DNA of 64,000 nucleotides, from positions 9,778,860 to 9,842,859 of the forward strand of contig NC_068988.1 of assembly GCF_001194135.2 (NCBI RefSeq). Direction: 5' to 3'. Below are positions 34,805 to 46,901 of the stretch, piece after piece. Source of the DNA: Octopus bimaculoides. Its lineage: Eukaryota. The notes beneath the pieces are model-generated. The model saw nothing but the letters and a program-made list of their open reading frames with translations. It searched no databases and was not told where the DNA came from. Position 1 is the stretch's first letter. Every line of letters starts with the position of its first letter. A program made the translations under genes and the position numbers.

Positions 34805-35291
34805 AACATAATTCTTCATCTCTTAAATACAGAATGGTATTATCAATAATTCACCTTAACTGTAAAGAGTCTAGGCTTTGCTCATTTACCAGTTGAAGTT
34901 TTGGATCACTCACATACTCGTTTCATTGTAAAAATCTATTTTTCCAATTAAAAATGAAAGTAAGCAACAGCTATTGAGGACCCCATTATCAATGAGTCAT
35001 AAACACACTTCGCCACAAAACTGCAATGTGGATCAATTGTCTAATTTTAATATTTTGTCTGCTTTTTCTATATCTATTGTCCATTACCACTTTAATGGGA
35101 ATCTAGTAGAGATTGTGTTTAGGCCATCTCTGGTATACCAGGAACATGATGCCACAGGGTTAATTCAGTGTGAATAAATAAGCATTGCATTTGATGGTAA
35201 TCTCAAAATTAGAGGGTTAGACAACTGTAAATAGTTTTTAAAATCTGAAGAGAAACAAAAAAAGATTCATGAATTTTATCTTCTATTTCAG

Positions 35292-35410
35292 GAACTTCCA
35301 AAATATCTTCGGGGTTATCATAAGTGCACCAAAGAGGATGCTGCCCTGTTAGCCTCTCTGATCTACAGAGTCAAATATGGTGAAGACAAAAGCCAACTGC
35401 CAACCATTCC
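35292..35410 (+). CDS. MYO7A: Myosin VIIa exon 27 (FERM-2 F2)
   Basis: cag|GAA...CC|gtatgt; [39 protein letters not shown](P). Confidence 0.96.
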
Positions 35411-35673
35411 GTATGTTAAATATCTTCACATTTGTCTTTTTCTTTTCATAAGTTGTCATAGATGTAGCATGTAATTTATGGAAGAATCTTCATTATATTC
35501 AATAGGCACAGGAGTGGCTGTGTGGTAAGTAGCTTGCTTACCAACCACATGGTTCCAGGTTCAGTCCCACTGCGTAGCACCTTGGGCAAGTGTCTTCTAC
35601 AATAGCCTCAGGCCAACCAAAGCCTTGTGAGTGGATTTAGTAGACAGAAACTGAAAGAAGCCCATCATATATG

Positions 35674-35737
<64 letters not shown>

Positions 35738-36226
35738 TGTCATCATCATCATCGTTTAATGTCCGCTTTCCATTCTAGCATGGGTTGGACGATTTGACTG
35801 AGGACTGGTGGACCAGGTGGCTACACCAGGCTCCAATCTGATTTGGCAGAGTTTCTACAGCTGGATGCCCTTCCTAACGCCAACCACTCCGAGAGTGTAG
35901 TGGGTGCTTTTACATGCCACCGGCACGAAGGCCAGTCAGTCAGTACTGGCAATGGCCACGCTCAAAATGGTGTATTTTACATGCCACCTGCACAGATGAT
36001 AGTAAGGCGGTGAGCTGGCAAAATCATTTACTGCACCCCTAAAATGCTTAGCGACATTTCGCTCATGTTTACATTTTGAGTTCAAATTCCACCAAGAGTC
36101 AACTTTGCCTTTCATCCTTTTGGGGTTGATAACATAACATACCAGTTGAGCACTTGCTGGCCTTGTGTTACAATTTGAAACCAATATGTAATCTTAATAA
36201 TACAAAGCATGGTATTAATTATATTA

Positions 36227-36278
<52 letters not shown>

Positions 36279-36299
36279 AATTGTTGTATTTTCTTTCAG

Positions 36300-36366
36300 G
36301 AAATCCTTCAGGGACTACATTTCTTCTGATTTAATAAGGTCACAGAGCCCAGATGATTGGAAGAAG
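36300..36366 (+). CDS. MYO7A: Myosin VIIa exon 28
   Basis: cag|G AAA...AAG|gtaagc; KSFRDYISSDLIRSQSPDDWKK. Confidence 0.94.
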
Positions 36367-37119
36367 GTAAGCATTATCAGTTTCTCTTTATATATGTCTG
36401 CATCTACAAGGGTTGTGTAGTTAAAAATCTTTGCTTCACAACCATGAGTTTTCAGGTTCAATCTCACTGTGCAGTACCTTGAGCAAATGTTTTCTACTAC
36501 AGTCAATGCCCTGTGAGTGAATTTGGTTGATGTCAGCTGTAGGAAGCCTATTGTGTGTAGCGAGATCGTTGCCAGTGGCTCTTGTGCGGGTGGCACATAA
36601 AAGACACCATTTCGAGCGTGGCCGTTTTCGTGCGGGTGACACGTAAAAGCACCCACTACACTCTCTGAGTGGTTGGCGTTAGGAAGAGCATCCAGCTGTA
36701 GAAACTCTGCCAAATTAGATTGGAGCCTGGTGTTGCCATCCGGTTTCACCAGTTCTCAGTCAAATTGTCCAACCCATGCTAGCATGGAAAGCGGACGTTA
36801 AGCGATGATGATGATGTATGTAAACATGCATGAATTTTAACATTCTACAGCTTCAGTTGCACAAAATAGTGTCCTGATGTTTATATTTCTTGTCATTATA
36901 AACCAGTCACTCTACACTTTGAAAGACAAGCGGAATAAAAATATCCCTTACTTGAAAATAGTTAAGGGTTAGCAACAGGAAGAGCACCTGACTGTAAAAC
37001 AGTGCCTCATATATGTTATGTCCACATCCAATCCATGCTTGAAAGAGAAAACGAACATTAAATAAACTCCTATTTTATACTCCTGTCTTCTGTATTTCTC
37101 GTACGACTGCAAACAAACA

Positions 37120-38095
37120 GGAAACAACTTCTATCTCATTCCAGGGTGAAAAACTAGAGGTAGTCGATAGCTTCCACTATCTGGGCGACCAAGTTAGTAG
37201 TGGGGGTGGGTGCGCTGAAAGTGTAGCTGCTAGAATAAGAATAGCCTGGGCAAAGTTTAGAGAGCTCTTACCCCTGCTGGCGACAAAGGGACTCTCACTC
37301 AGAGTAAAAGGCAGACTGTATGACGCATGCGTACGAACAACCATGCTACATGGCAGTGAAACATGGGCTGTAACTGCTGAGGACATACGTAANNNNNNNN
37401 NNNNNNNNNNNNNNNNNNNNNNNNNNNNNNNNNNNNNNNNNNNNNNNNNNNNNNNNNNNNNNNNNNNNNNNNNNNNNNNNNNNNNNNNNNNNNNNNNNNN
37501 NNNNNNNNNNNNNNNNNNNNNNNNNNNNNNNNNNNNNNNNNNNNNNNNNNNNNNNNNNNNNNNNNNNNNNNNNNNNNNNNNNNNNNNNNNNNNNNNNNNN
37601 NNNNNNNNNNNNNNNNNNNNNNNNNNNNNNNNNNNNNNNNNNNNNNNNNNNNNNNNNNNNNNNNNNNNNNNNNNNNNNNNNNNNNNNNNNNNNNNNNNNN
37701 NNNNNNNNNNNNNNNNNNNNNNNNNNNNNNNNNNNNNNNNNNNNNNNNNNNNNNNNNNNNNNNNNNNNNNNNNNNNNNNNNNNNNNNNNNNNNNNNNNNN
37801 NNNNNNNNNNNNNNNNNNNNNNNNNNNNNNNNNNNNNNNNNNNNNNNNNNNNNNNNNNNNNNNNNNNNNNNNNNNNNNNNNNNNNNNNCATTTCGAGCGT
37901 GGCCGTTTTCGTGCGGGTGACACGTAAAAGCACCCACTACACTCTCTGAGTGGTTGGCGTTAGGAAGGGCATCCAGCTGTAGAAACTCTGCCAAATCGGA
38001 CTGGAGCCTGGTGTTGCCATCCGGTTTCACCAGTCCTCAGTCAAATCGTCCAACCCATGCTAGCATGGAAAGCGGACGTTAAACGATGATGATGA
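37120..38095 (+). mobile_element. 5'-truncated RTE-clade LINE (RT C-terminus + 3' UTR + (GAT)n tail), interrupted by a gap
   Basis: 37142-37390 translates QGEKLEVVDSFHYLGDQVSSGGGCAESVAARIRIAWAKFRELLPLLATKGLSLRVKGRLYDACVRTTMLHGSETWAVTAEDIR; the post-gap part ends ...catggaaagcggacgttaaacgatgatgatgat. Confidence 0.85.
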
Positions 38096-39099
38096 TATCA
38101 TGTGATCAACCTAACTCTCAGGTATTGCTATATATCGCTGGTCATGATGTGCTTTGCATTGTTTTAGCTTTCGAATGACAACACCCCACTGACAAGGCAA
38201 GCAGTCCAATAGTCTTCACCTGACCAGAAGAGTGACCATTGCAGGGTGCACCTGCTTACAGCTGAGTGGACTGCAGCAATGGGAATGGTGTTTTGTTGAA
38301 GAAAGCAATGCACTGCATGGTCTGTGAAATGAACTCACGGTCTAGCAATTGGAAGTGCAACTAGGCCACATGAGAGAGAGAGAGGGGAAGGGGGCGAAAT
38401 CATTACTCTTTTACTTGTTTCAGTCATTTGACTGTGGCCATGCTGGAGCACCACCTTTAATGGAGCAAATCCACCCCAGGACTTATTCTTTGGAAGNNNN
38501 NNNNNNTAATGGAGCAAATCCACCCCAGGACTTATTCTTTGGAAGCCTAGTATTTATTCTATCAGTCTCTTTTGCTGAACCGCTAGGTTACGGGGACGTA
38601 AACACGCCAGCATCTGTTATCAAGCGATGTTGGGGTGGGGCAAACACAGATGCACACACACACACATATATATACGACGGGCTTCTTTCAGTTTCCGTCT
38701 ACCAAATCCACTCACAAAGCTTTGGTCGACCCGAAGCTATAGTAGAAGACACTTGCCCAAGGTGCCACGTAGTGTGAATGAACTCAGAACCATGTGGTTG
38801 GTAAGCAAGCTACTTACCACACAGCCACTCCTGTACCTTCGTTAACTTATTTATGGTTGCATGTGTCAGAACTTATTGTAGCAGGTTTTTATAGATGGAT
38901 GCTCTTCCTGTTGTCCACCCTCACCCGTTTCCAAGATTTCACAGATTGGGAAAGAGCATTTCTTGTAAGACATTAACGTTTGATTATATCTGGTCAAAGA
39001 AAATCTGCCTCAACAAATTCTGTCCCACCCGTGAAAGCTAAGTGATGATGATGACATTTAAGCATAATCATAAATACTTATTGAAATTTACTTTTACAG

Positions 39100-39216
39100 C
39101 AAATAATATCAAATTACAACGCCGCTGCTGGAATGACTGACCAAACGGCTAAAGTTGAGTTCCTCAAGAAAATTGCCACCTGGCCAACATTTGGATCTGC
39201 TTTCTTTGATGTTAAA
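39100..39216 (+). CDS. MYO7A: Myosin VIIa exon 29
   Basis: cag|CAA...AAA|gtaagt; QIISNYNAAAGMTDQTAKVEFLKKIATWPTFGSAFFDVK. Confidence 0.96.
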
Positions 39217-40408
39217 GTAAGTTTCTCTGTTTTACATTTTAGTTTAAAAATCTCAGAAAAAATAATTTTTCACTTTTGATATTCTAAACTTGATAATTCA
39301 ACTCATCATTAAATGTTGACAGAATATGGTAATTAAATTAAAATTTCTTGCTGTAAAAGAAGAAAAAATTCTAAACCCTGAGATGAAACAGAGTTGAGCA
39401 GTTTGGATTTATAATATTCTACATCATGCCCAATATACATAAATCTATGTTATATACACTCTTCCCAAATACAGTGATACTTCGCAGTACAAGTTTAAAC
39501 CATTCCATGACCAAGCTTGTCTTACAATTTAGTCATTTTACAGATCAATTTTCCCCATTGAAATTAACTAAAATATAATTAATCCGCACATGAGATGCAC
39601 CATTTTGAGCGTGGCCGTTGCCAGTACCGCCTGACTGGCTCCCGTAGGATTTTCGAGTGAGATCGTTGCCAGTGCCCCTGGACTGGCTCTTGTGCGGGTG
39701 GCACATAAAAGACACCATTTCGAGCGTGGCCGTTTTCGTGCGGGTGACACGTAAAAGCACCCACTACACTCTCTGAGTGGTTGGTGTTAGGAAGGGCATC
39801 CAGCTGTAGAAACTCTGCCAAATTAGATTGGAGCTTGGTGTTGCCATCCGGTTTCACCAGTCCTCAGCCAAATCGTCCAAACCATGCTAGCATGGAAAGC
39901 GGACGTTAAACGATGATGATGATGATGATTTCCAGCCCCACAAAATCACTCAAAATATTTTATGGGTTTTAATACAGAAAAAGCATAGTCACAAGTAAAA
40001 TGACAATTATAGAACAGAGAATGCAAAAGAAATATATGTAAACTGGTTTTATTAACAGAATTACCTTAAAAATGGGATGATTTGTGTGCTCGTACTTCAA
40101 GACAAGAATTCACACTGGTTTTGGCTCATACAATGGGACACTCGTACTGCGAGGTTCTACTGTAATAAGTTTTATTTGAAAAATGTTCAAACATTGGTAT
40201 GAACTTAACAATAAGGTAGCAACATTAATTAAGACACTACACAGTAAATGCAGGTAGAACATATTTGCTTGTATCAAGTCAAAATGTAACAACATTATCT
40301 TTGCATATTCATGAATTTTCCTCAATTATTCTTAGCTGAATATTCTTCAGATGCCAGTTATTTCATGGTAATAGTCACTAACGAATTTTACCCTTTTTCT
40401 GTTAACAG

Positions 40409-40492
40409 CAAAGTATGGAGGCCAACTATCCTGAGCAGCTTCTAATTGCTATCAACAAGAATGGAGTGAATTTGATACATCCAAAAACAAAG
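40409..40492 (+). CDS. MYO7A: Myosin VIIa exon 30 (FERM-2 F3)
   Basis: cag|CAA...AAG|gtaagt; [28 protein letters not shown]. Confidence 0.95.
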
Positions 40493-41011
40493 GTAAGTTC
40501 AAGACAATTCCTGAAAAAAAAAATAAATAAAAGAAAATCATAAAATATTCCAATAACAAATTTACTTCAAAGATTTGTAACTTAAACTCCTTTTGTTATT
40601 ATATTTCCAGAGAAATATAATATAATTAATTTTGAAAGTAAGTTTTTAGTAAAATTTTAGTAATAATTCTTGTTACTAAGCTGGTGCTTGGAACAGATTA
40701 GTATGAAATTTTGATGGGAAGTTTTAATTTAGATCGCTTTAAAACAAAGTTTGTATCATAAAACCACAGGTAGTTTTGGGCAGGTTGGTATCAAAAGGGT
40801 TAATTATTGAATTTACATGAGGGCAATGTGCTCGCAAATATAACATGACCCCACCACACGTTTTGTCTCCCATGGAAAAATCAAAGTATTTTATTGGTTT
40901 TTTTTCTGAAATCAGATATAATGCTCCCTGCCAATTTTGGTGGCCGATGACAGAACTGCCTGATTAGTACTCAGGCCAGTGGAAGGTTAAAAGCACATCC
41001 GAGCGTGATCA

Positions 41012-41210
41012 TTGCCAGGGCCACAGGTTGGCTCCCGTGCTGGTAACATTTGAAAAGCACCAATCGAGCATGATTGTTGCCAGCGTCGCCTTGCCAGCAC
41101 ATGCAAAACATTCGAGTGTGGTCGTTGCCAGGGCCACAGGTTGGCTCCCGTGCTGGTGACATTTGAAAAGCACCAATCGAGCATGATTGTTGCCAGCGTC
41201 GCCTTGCCAG
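41012..41210 (+). repeat. Approx. 113-bp tandem duplication within an RTE 3'-UTR-type repeat
   Basis: ttgccagggccacaggttggctcccgtgctggt...cgtcgccttgccag occurs at 41012 and 41125. Confidence 0.85.
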
Positions 41211-41767
41211 TGCCGCCGGACTGGCTCTCGTGCAGGTAGCACATAAAAACACCTTTTGAGTGTGGTGCTATTTACGTGCCACCGGTACAGAAGCCAGACA
41301 GCTGCTCTGGCAACGATCACGCTCGAACAGTGCTCTTAAGGATAAGAATATCTTATTTAGTCAGCAGGAAAAAAAAAACAAAAAAAAAACCCTCTGAACC
41401 ACTTGTATCTTAAGCCAGTAGCGCCATCATCATTTTAAAGTCTTGTAAATATTTTCATGATTAACCTAACATTTAGCAAGTAGAAAATGTGTGAAAACAT
41501 TGTTTTTCTAGAAAGATTATTGAATTTTGATGATCTGCTTCACACCAACAAAGATAGATGTCTAATTTGACAAAGCATTCTGACAACTGAAGGGTGAAAT
41601 TAATGCCGAGTGTTGCGTTACATAGCAGATGAGAAAACTGGGCTAAGACCAGAGTTCAAAAGGATTATGATGCTGAAGCTCACCTACTGTTTGATATTGG
41701 GCTTAAAAGAAATGCAAAACCCAAAATCATAGAATTCTAATATATCCATTTTTTTTTTCTTTTGTAG

Positions 41768-41887
41768 AATATATTGGCAACGCATCCATTTACCAAGATT
41801 TCTAACTGGAGCAGCGGTAACTGTTACTTCCATATGACCATTGGCAACTTAATCAGAGGAAACAAACTTCTCTGTGAAACACAAATG
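41768..41887 (+). CDS. MYO7A: Myosin VIIa exon 31
   Basis: tag|AAT...ATG|gtaaat; [40 protein letters not shown]. Confidence 0.97.
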
Positions 41888-41920
41888 GTAAATATTGGTC
41901 TTCTTTTCTTTTATATATAG

Positions 41921-42250
41921 GCGTAGGAGTGGCTGTGTGGAAAGTAGCTTGCTTACCAACCACATGGCTCCAGGTTCAGTCCCACTGCGTGTCACCTTGG
42001 GCAAGTGTCTTCTACTATAGCCTCGGGCTGACCAAAGCCTTTTGAGTGGATTTGGTAGACAGAAACTGAAAGAAGCTCGTAGTGTGTGTGTCCATCGCTT
42101 GACAACCGATGCTGGTAGCGGTTCGGCAAAAAGAGACCGATAGAATAAGTACTAGGCTTACAAAGAGTAAGTCCTGGGGGTCTATTTTCTTGACTAATAG
42201 GCGGTGTTCCAGCCTGGCCGCAGTCAAATGACTGAAACGAGTAAAGAGTA
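41921..42250 (+). mobile_element. SINE family B copy filling most of the last myosin intron
   Basis: ggcgtaggagtggctgtgtgg...cagtcaaatgactgaaacgagtaaaagagtaa. Confidence 0.87.
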
Positions 42251-42341
42251 ATTAAGTACAAGTCTTTAACAGATTTTTTGTTTGTTTTTGTCCTGACTAA
42301 GTTATTTCCCCATGTTTATTTCTCATTTTCTGCAATTTCAG

Positions 42342-42428
42342 GGCTATAAGATGGATGATCTGCTTACTTCATACATCAGTTTGATGTTGACGACAATGAA
42401 CAGACTTAAGTCAAAACCATCTTCATAA
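42342..42428 (+). CDS. MYO7A: Myosin VIIa terminal coding exon
   Basis: cag|GGC...TAA; GYKMDDLLTSYISLMLTTMNRLKSKPSS*. Confidence 0.97.
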   Translation, partial: GYKMDDLLTSYISLMLTTMNRLKSKPSS

Positions 42429-42762
42429 TTGGTGCAAAATGGTTTCCCCCCCNNNNNNNNNNGCCTTATAAATTGAAACCTAAATATCTCTGTAGTGAAC
42501 TGTTTCCAGCTTACAACATAATCAGCTCACTACAGCACAGATATACTTGTTCCCACCTTACAAGTTCACTGACTGCCCTCTGCCAGTCACGCAATACAGG
42601 GAAGAAGAAAGAAGAGGACAGAAATATTTTAGCAAATCAACAAGAGGAATCTGATTACATTAAATGTTTTCCTATTTTTATATCAACCTTTTTTATTTTC
42701 TTCATAATTTTCTTCTTTTTAATATTTCTCATCAATAATTTGGAATTGAAGAATTATTTTTA

Positions 42763-42768
42763 AATAAA
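42763..42768 (+). other. Candidate polyadenylation signal for myosin VIIa (another AATAAA at 43728-43733)
   Basis: AATAAA about 335 nt after the stop in AT-rich, repeat-poor sequence; such hexamers are frequent by chance here. Confidence 0.3.
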
Positions 42769-43805
42769 ATTCAATTTGATATCAGCATTTTTTTACGAGT
42801 CTCTGCCATGTCTAAACAGGCACTAAAATAGGAATTAAAAAAACAAAAAAAAAATGGTTTCGTTTTTAACATTTTCAAAATCCCAACACCTCAAGTTAGT
42901 TATGTTTTTAATCGTTAATAAATTTAAATATTACAGGCTTAATTCCATAAAGACTTTTTTTTCATTAACATCGAAGCAGACAATGTGATTAGGCAGAATA
43001 ATTATTAAAAGTCAGTAGTCGATATTTGACTACTCGTTATTAAGTCTTTTACTAACAACTTGCATCGACCAGAATATTTTGATTTAAACAAAATAGTTTT
43101 AAAAACGGCAGGTATGATGACAAATAGGCATTTCTTTGGTACTTTTACCTCAACATTGCAATATCTTAAACTTAAATTCTAGAAGCAATAGAAAATACAA
43201 ACATTTAGCGAACGATACTATATTTTGTAATGATTAAACAAAAAAAGCTTTAAGTAATAGGCTTTTGGGTAAGTCTTAATTTGCTATTTTTTTCCTCCCC
43301 CAGATAATATGAAGAATATTAATTAAGCAATAACAGCATTAAGTCTTAATTAAAATAAATTTATATATATATTGAGGAGTAATTTGTTTAAAGCTTGGGG
43401 CAATTATAAATGGAATCACACCTAATGAGATTTTCTGCTGTGTTATATACATACACACACACATATATATATATATCTCTCCTGTTTCTGAACAAATTTC
43501 CCAAGGGTTTAAGAAAGCTGAGTCAGATTTTACTGCTTCCATAATTTTCCTTCTGCCAGCTTTCTTCCTGACTATTCCATGTTAACACAGCAGAAAGGTG
43601 CTGCTGGTAGTTAACTAAGGTACATTATCTCTTTGTATATCACGGTCTGTATATTTAGTCCCAGATAGTTGCTGTGCTATTCCGTTCTAAAAATATTCCT
43701 ACAATTAACATTTATAAAATGTGCTTCAATAAATATAAATGTTCAAACAAAATTCAGTGTTTCATTATTTCTTGCTTTTGTTTTACATCATATAGTGAGA
43801 ATTTA

Positions 43806-43838
<33 letters not shown>

Positions 43839-44169
43839 AGACGGGTATGTAAACAACAAACAGATGCATTAGTTTAATGCTCGGGAATTGAGAAAGACTT
43901 ATGTTTCGAGCCTACGCTCTTCGATAGAAAGGAACACAGATTGCTAGCCACTAAAACTTTTCTATTTTCTCTCCGTTTATTTCTATCATGGCAAATGCTG
44001 GACAGAGAAGTCACACAGGAGAGCTAGGAAGAAGGGGAGATAATAAAGTAGTGGTGATCCCAAGACGAAGGTGCATGTGCATCCCTCTGTTGGTTCAATA
44101 TTTAAAAAAAAACTCTTCTTCCATGCATTTTCTACACTTAGTAATCTTACTTCTCTGAATCGCTAAGTG

Positions 44170-44640
44170 TAAGCATACCACTATCCATTCTCACCCATAC
44201 ACTGCTTTGCAATCCTGAACATCTTACACCTCTGATCCTCATAATGTATAACTTTAGCAAATCTCTTACCTTCCGTTATTCTTTTTGCTATGAAAACCTG
44301 TTGCTTAACTTCCCTTCTCGCTACCTGATACAATTCTCTGCATCCACTGCCATTTCTCCAGTCTTTCCAGTGCTGTCCACTTCCTTGTTCCACCACCGTG
44401 TCACCCTCAGCCTAGCTGTGTCTTTGCACCAGCCACAGATTTAGTCTGTAGCCCTCAGTAGATTGTCCCACAGGAACTTCCAGTTGTCCTCTCAGTTGTA
44501 TGTCCCCAACTCCTCCACATCAGAAGCTTCCATTAGAATATCTCTATATTTCTGTCGGTTTGCTGGGTCTTTGAGCGTCCAGAAGGGTTTATTTCTCTGA
44601 GTCCTTGTTTTAATTCTGAAGTCAGTAACTAGTGACCTTT
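44170..44640 (-). mobile_element. Degenerate internal RTE LINE ORF fragment (endonuclease end / linker)
   Basis: RSLVTDFRIK...NWKFLWDNLLRATD*ICGWCK...WWNKEVD...RELYQVARRE; stops present; homologous to 60580-61453. Confidence 0.8.
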
Positions 44641-45709
44641 GTTGGGTTGTACATTCTTTACCTGGGAAAGGCTTTGCATTTGTATCTGCAATATATATAT
44701 TTGTGGATTAACAAGGCAACCAACAGTTTCATGTGATGAGATCTTCACAATTGTTGAAGATCACATGGAAGTGTTGCTACCCATTTCCATCTCTATTCTA
44801 TGTTCACATAAGTCAAATAGAATTTGTTGAGGAATCATGATTTTCTATGGCCAGACGTCCTTCCTGTTGCCAATTCTCACTTGTTTCCAAGCAAGGAAAT
44901 ATTTCTCCATGGCTAAAAATGTTTTCCACAGAAGACTGAAAATGAACAGTATCACATGTATGATAATAAAGCTTGCTTACAATCATTGTGACATCAAAAC
45001 AAGTGTACACACACACACACATGGCAGGTGTCTTTCAGTTTCCATCTGCCAAATTGACTCACAAGACTTTGGTTGACCCAGGGCCATAGTAGTGAGACTG
45101 AATCTGAGACCACATGGTTAGGAAGCAAGCTTCTTAACCACAGAACCATTATATCTTCTACTGGCAAACACCTTGGCACATTTGGAATCAGTTCTGCTTT
45201 TGTAAAAAAAACAGAGAGGAAAGCACATTAGTGAAAGAAGAATTTTAAATGAAATAAATTAAAATGATTGCTTTTTTTTATTAACTTGATTTTTGAATTT
45301 GATTACAAACAATTCAAATTCTTATAAATGTTTGAAATCCAAACAGTTTATGATAATCTTGGTTTTCAGTTATAGCTGCTACAAAACATTTAAGACAGTT
45401 TTATATCCCCCAACTTAAGCCTTAATCTTCTTTGAAATGATTTATCAAATACATCTGAGAGAAATGACAGAGGTTGCAACAATAAAACCTTAAAACAAAT
45501 AAAAAAAAAACTAACTGAAAGTGATTGGTATGTCACTAATGAATTGACTCAACAAAACCAAATTAAATGACCAATATCAATGAAACAAACAAAAATGAAT
45601 TCTACATATAAAAATTAACCATTTTGTCCTCCTTCAACTTCAATGTACATCAATACTGTAGTAGGATGTGTCATCTATAGGGTTTTATATATATATATAT
45701 ATATATATA

Positions 45710-45916
45710 TAGGGTGGCCCAAAAGTAGGTTTACAGTTATTCAACTATCTCTTTTGCATTCATATATTAACATCTTAATTATTAAAAAAATATGAAATCA
45801 TTATTCTATGCTAATTTAGTTAACTGTAAGATAGAAATTTAAAATGTAATAAAATGCTTTAAAAGAAATTTAAAGTGCCTGTGTGATGACTGTAAACCTA
45901 CTTTTGGGCCACCCTG
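45710..45916. mobile_element. Tc1/mariner-type MITE with 28-bp TIRs
   Basis: (T)AGGGTGGCCCAAAAGTAGGTTTACAGT 45710-45737 vs ACTGTAAACCTACTTTTGGGCCACCCTG 45889-45916 (27/28 match); partial copy at approx. 26183-26373. Confidence 0.88.
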
Positions 45917-46793
45917 TGTGTGTGTGTGTCAATTTAATACACACCTGAAAGAGCTATTAGTAGTTTCACACTTTTACGATACTTTAGACATATTTATAAA
46001 ATATATGGCATGAAACTATTGGTAGCTCTTTTGGTTGTGTATTTAAACTGATATTTATCCCTCACTTGGAGAACTTTTGTTAGATCTTTAAACTATATGT
46101 GTACACATGTGTGTGTGTATATATATTTACATATATATATATGTATATAGCGAAACCTCAGTTTACAAGCACCTGTCATCATTAACAAATTGGCTTACCA
46201 ACTATTTTCAAACACAAAATGTCTTGGTTGGCAAATGGTGTCTCAAATAACGACCATGCAAAATGGCAACATAGGTTCATGAAAAGCTGGGAGAATCAGC
46301 AGGGGAGTGCCATTTGCTGTTTGGCTTTCGCGCAGGGCACATCCCTGCTTAAATTTGCGGGCCTTGTCTTGAATTTTCTAAGGGAAAAATAGCTTTGCTT
46401 TGAAAACATTTTGGGTGACATATGGCCTTCAGGAATGAATTAAATTCATAAAACAAGATTCCATTGTGTATGTGAAAATAAATATATATATATATATATA
46501 TATATCTTAAGACATATACATCTTAATGCCAAGCTCTAGTAGAATTAAGATGAATCTGTTACCAGAAAGAACAAAACAACAAGGAATAGATTCTTAGATC
46601 CCTTGTTTAAAAATAATCCAATGTTGACTTAGTCGCTCAATGATAAATGGTTTCAGATTTCCTTTCAAGTTTCTGAAAGTGGAATGTTTTCAGGGAATGA
46701 TTTGGAGAAAAATGAGTATTGAGAAAATAGTTTCAGCTTCACCGAACACCCAGGATGGAATTTCAGAAAAAAACAGAAGAGATTTTTTTTCAA

Positions 46794-46901
46794 TCAAAAG
46801 AAATAATAATGTCTTGGTGGAGGTGTGATTTCTGGTTCATGAGTAAATGCCTCGTATATATTTGCAGCCAAATCTGTCATTTTGTTCATCATTAATAATT
46901 T
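46794..46901 (-). CDS. PEX3: PEX3 terminal coding exon
   Basis: cag|AAA...TGA; KLLMMNKMTDLAANIYEAFTHEPEITPPPRHYYFF*. Confidence 0.95.
   Translation of the reverse strand, partial: KLLMMNKMTDLAANIYEAFTHEPEITPPPRHYYFF

Larger units (their letters stand above)
157..42428 (+). other. MYO7A: Myosin VIIa gene, 5'-partial (32 exons visible: motor end, IQ region, SAH/linker, MyTH4-FERM-SH3-MyTH4-FERM); stop at 42426-42428
   Basis: All visible exon phases join in frame; peptides match myosin VIIa motifs throughout ([83 protein letters not shown]). Confidence 0.97.

Noticed and set aside
38458-38545. 39-bp direct repeat around a 10-N gap
   Set aside because: An exact duplication on both sides of a minimal gap is a typical unmerged contig overlap, not biology.
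43807-43836. A30 tract downstream of AATAAA (43728) as a genomic poly(A) tail or processed-retrocopy end
   Set aside because: It lies inside the short hammerhead-bearing element (consensus ...gagaatt(c/t)acaaaaaaac...), so it is an expanded internal A-run; it may still cause oligo-dT internal priming.
42428-46794. Functional link between a myosin motor and Pex3 (by analogy with yeast peroxisome inheritance)
   Set aside because: Adjacency alone is no evidence; the yeast mechanisms involve class V myosin, not myosin VII.
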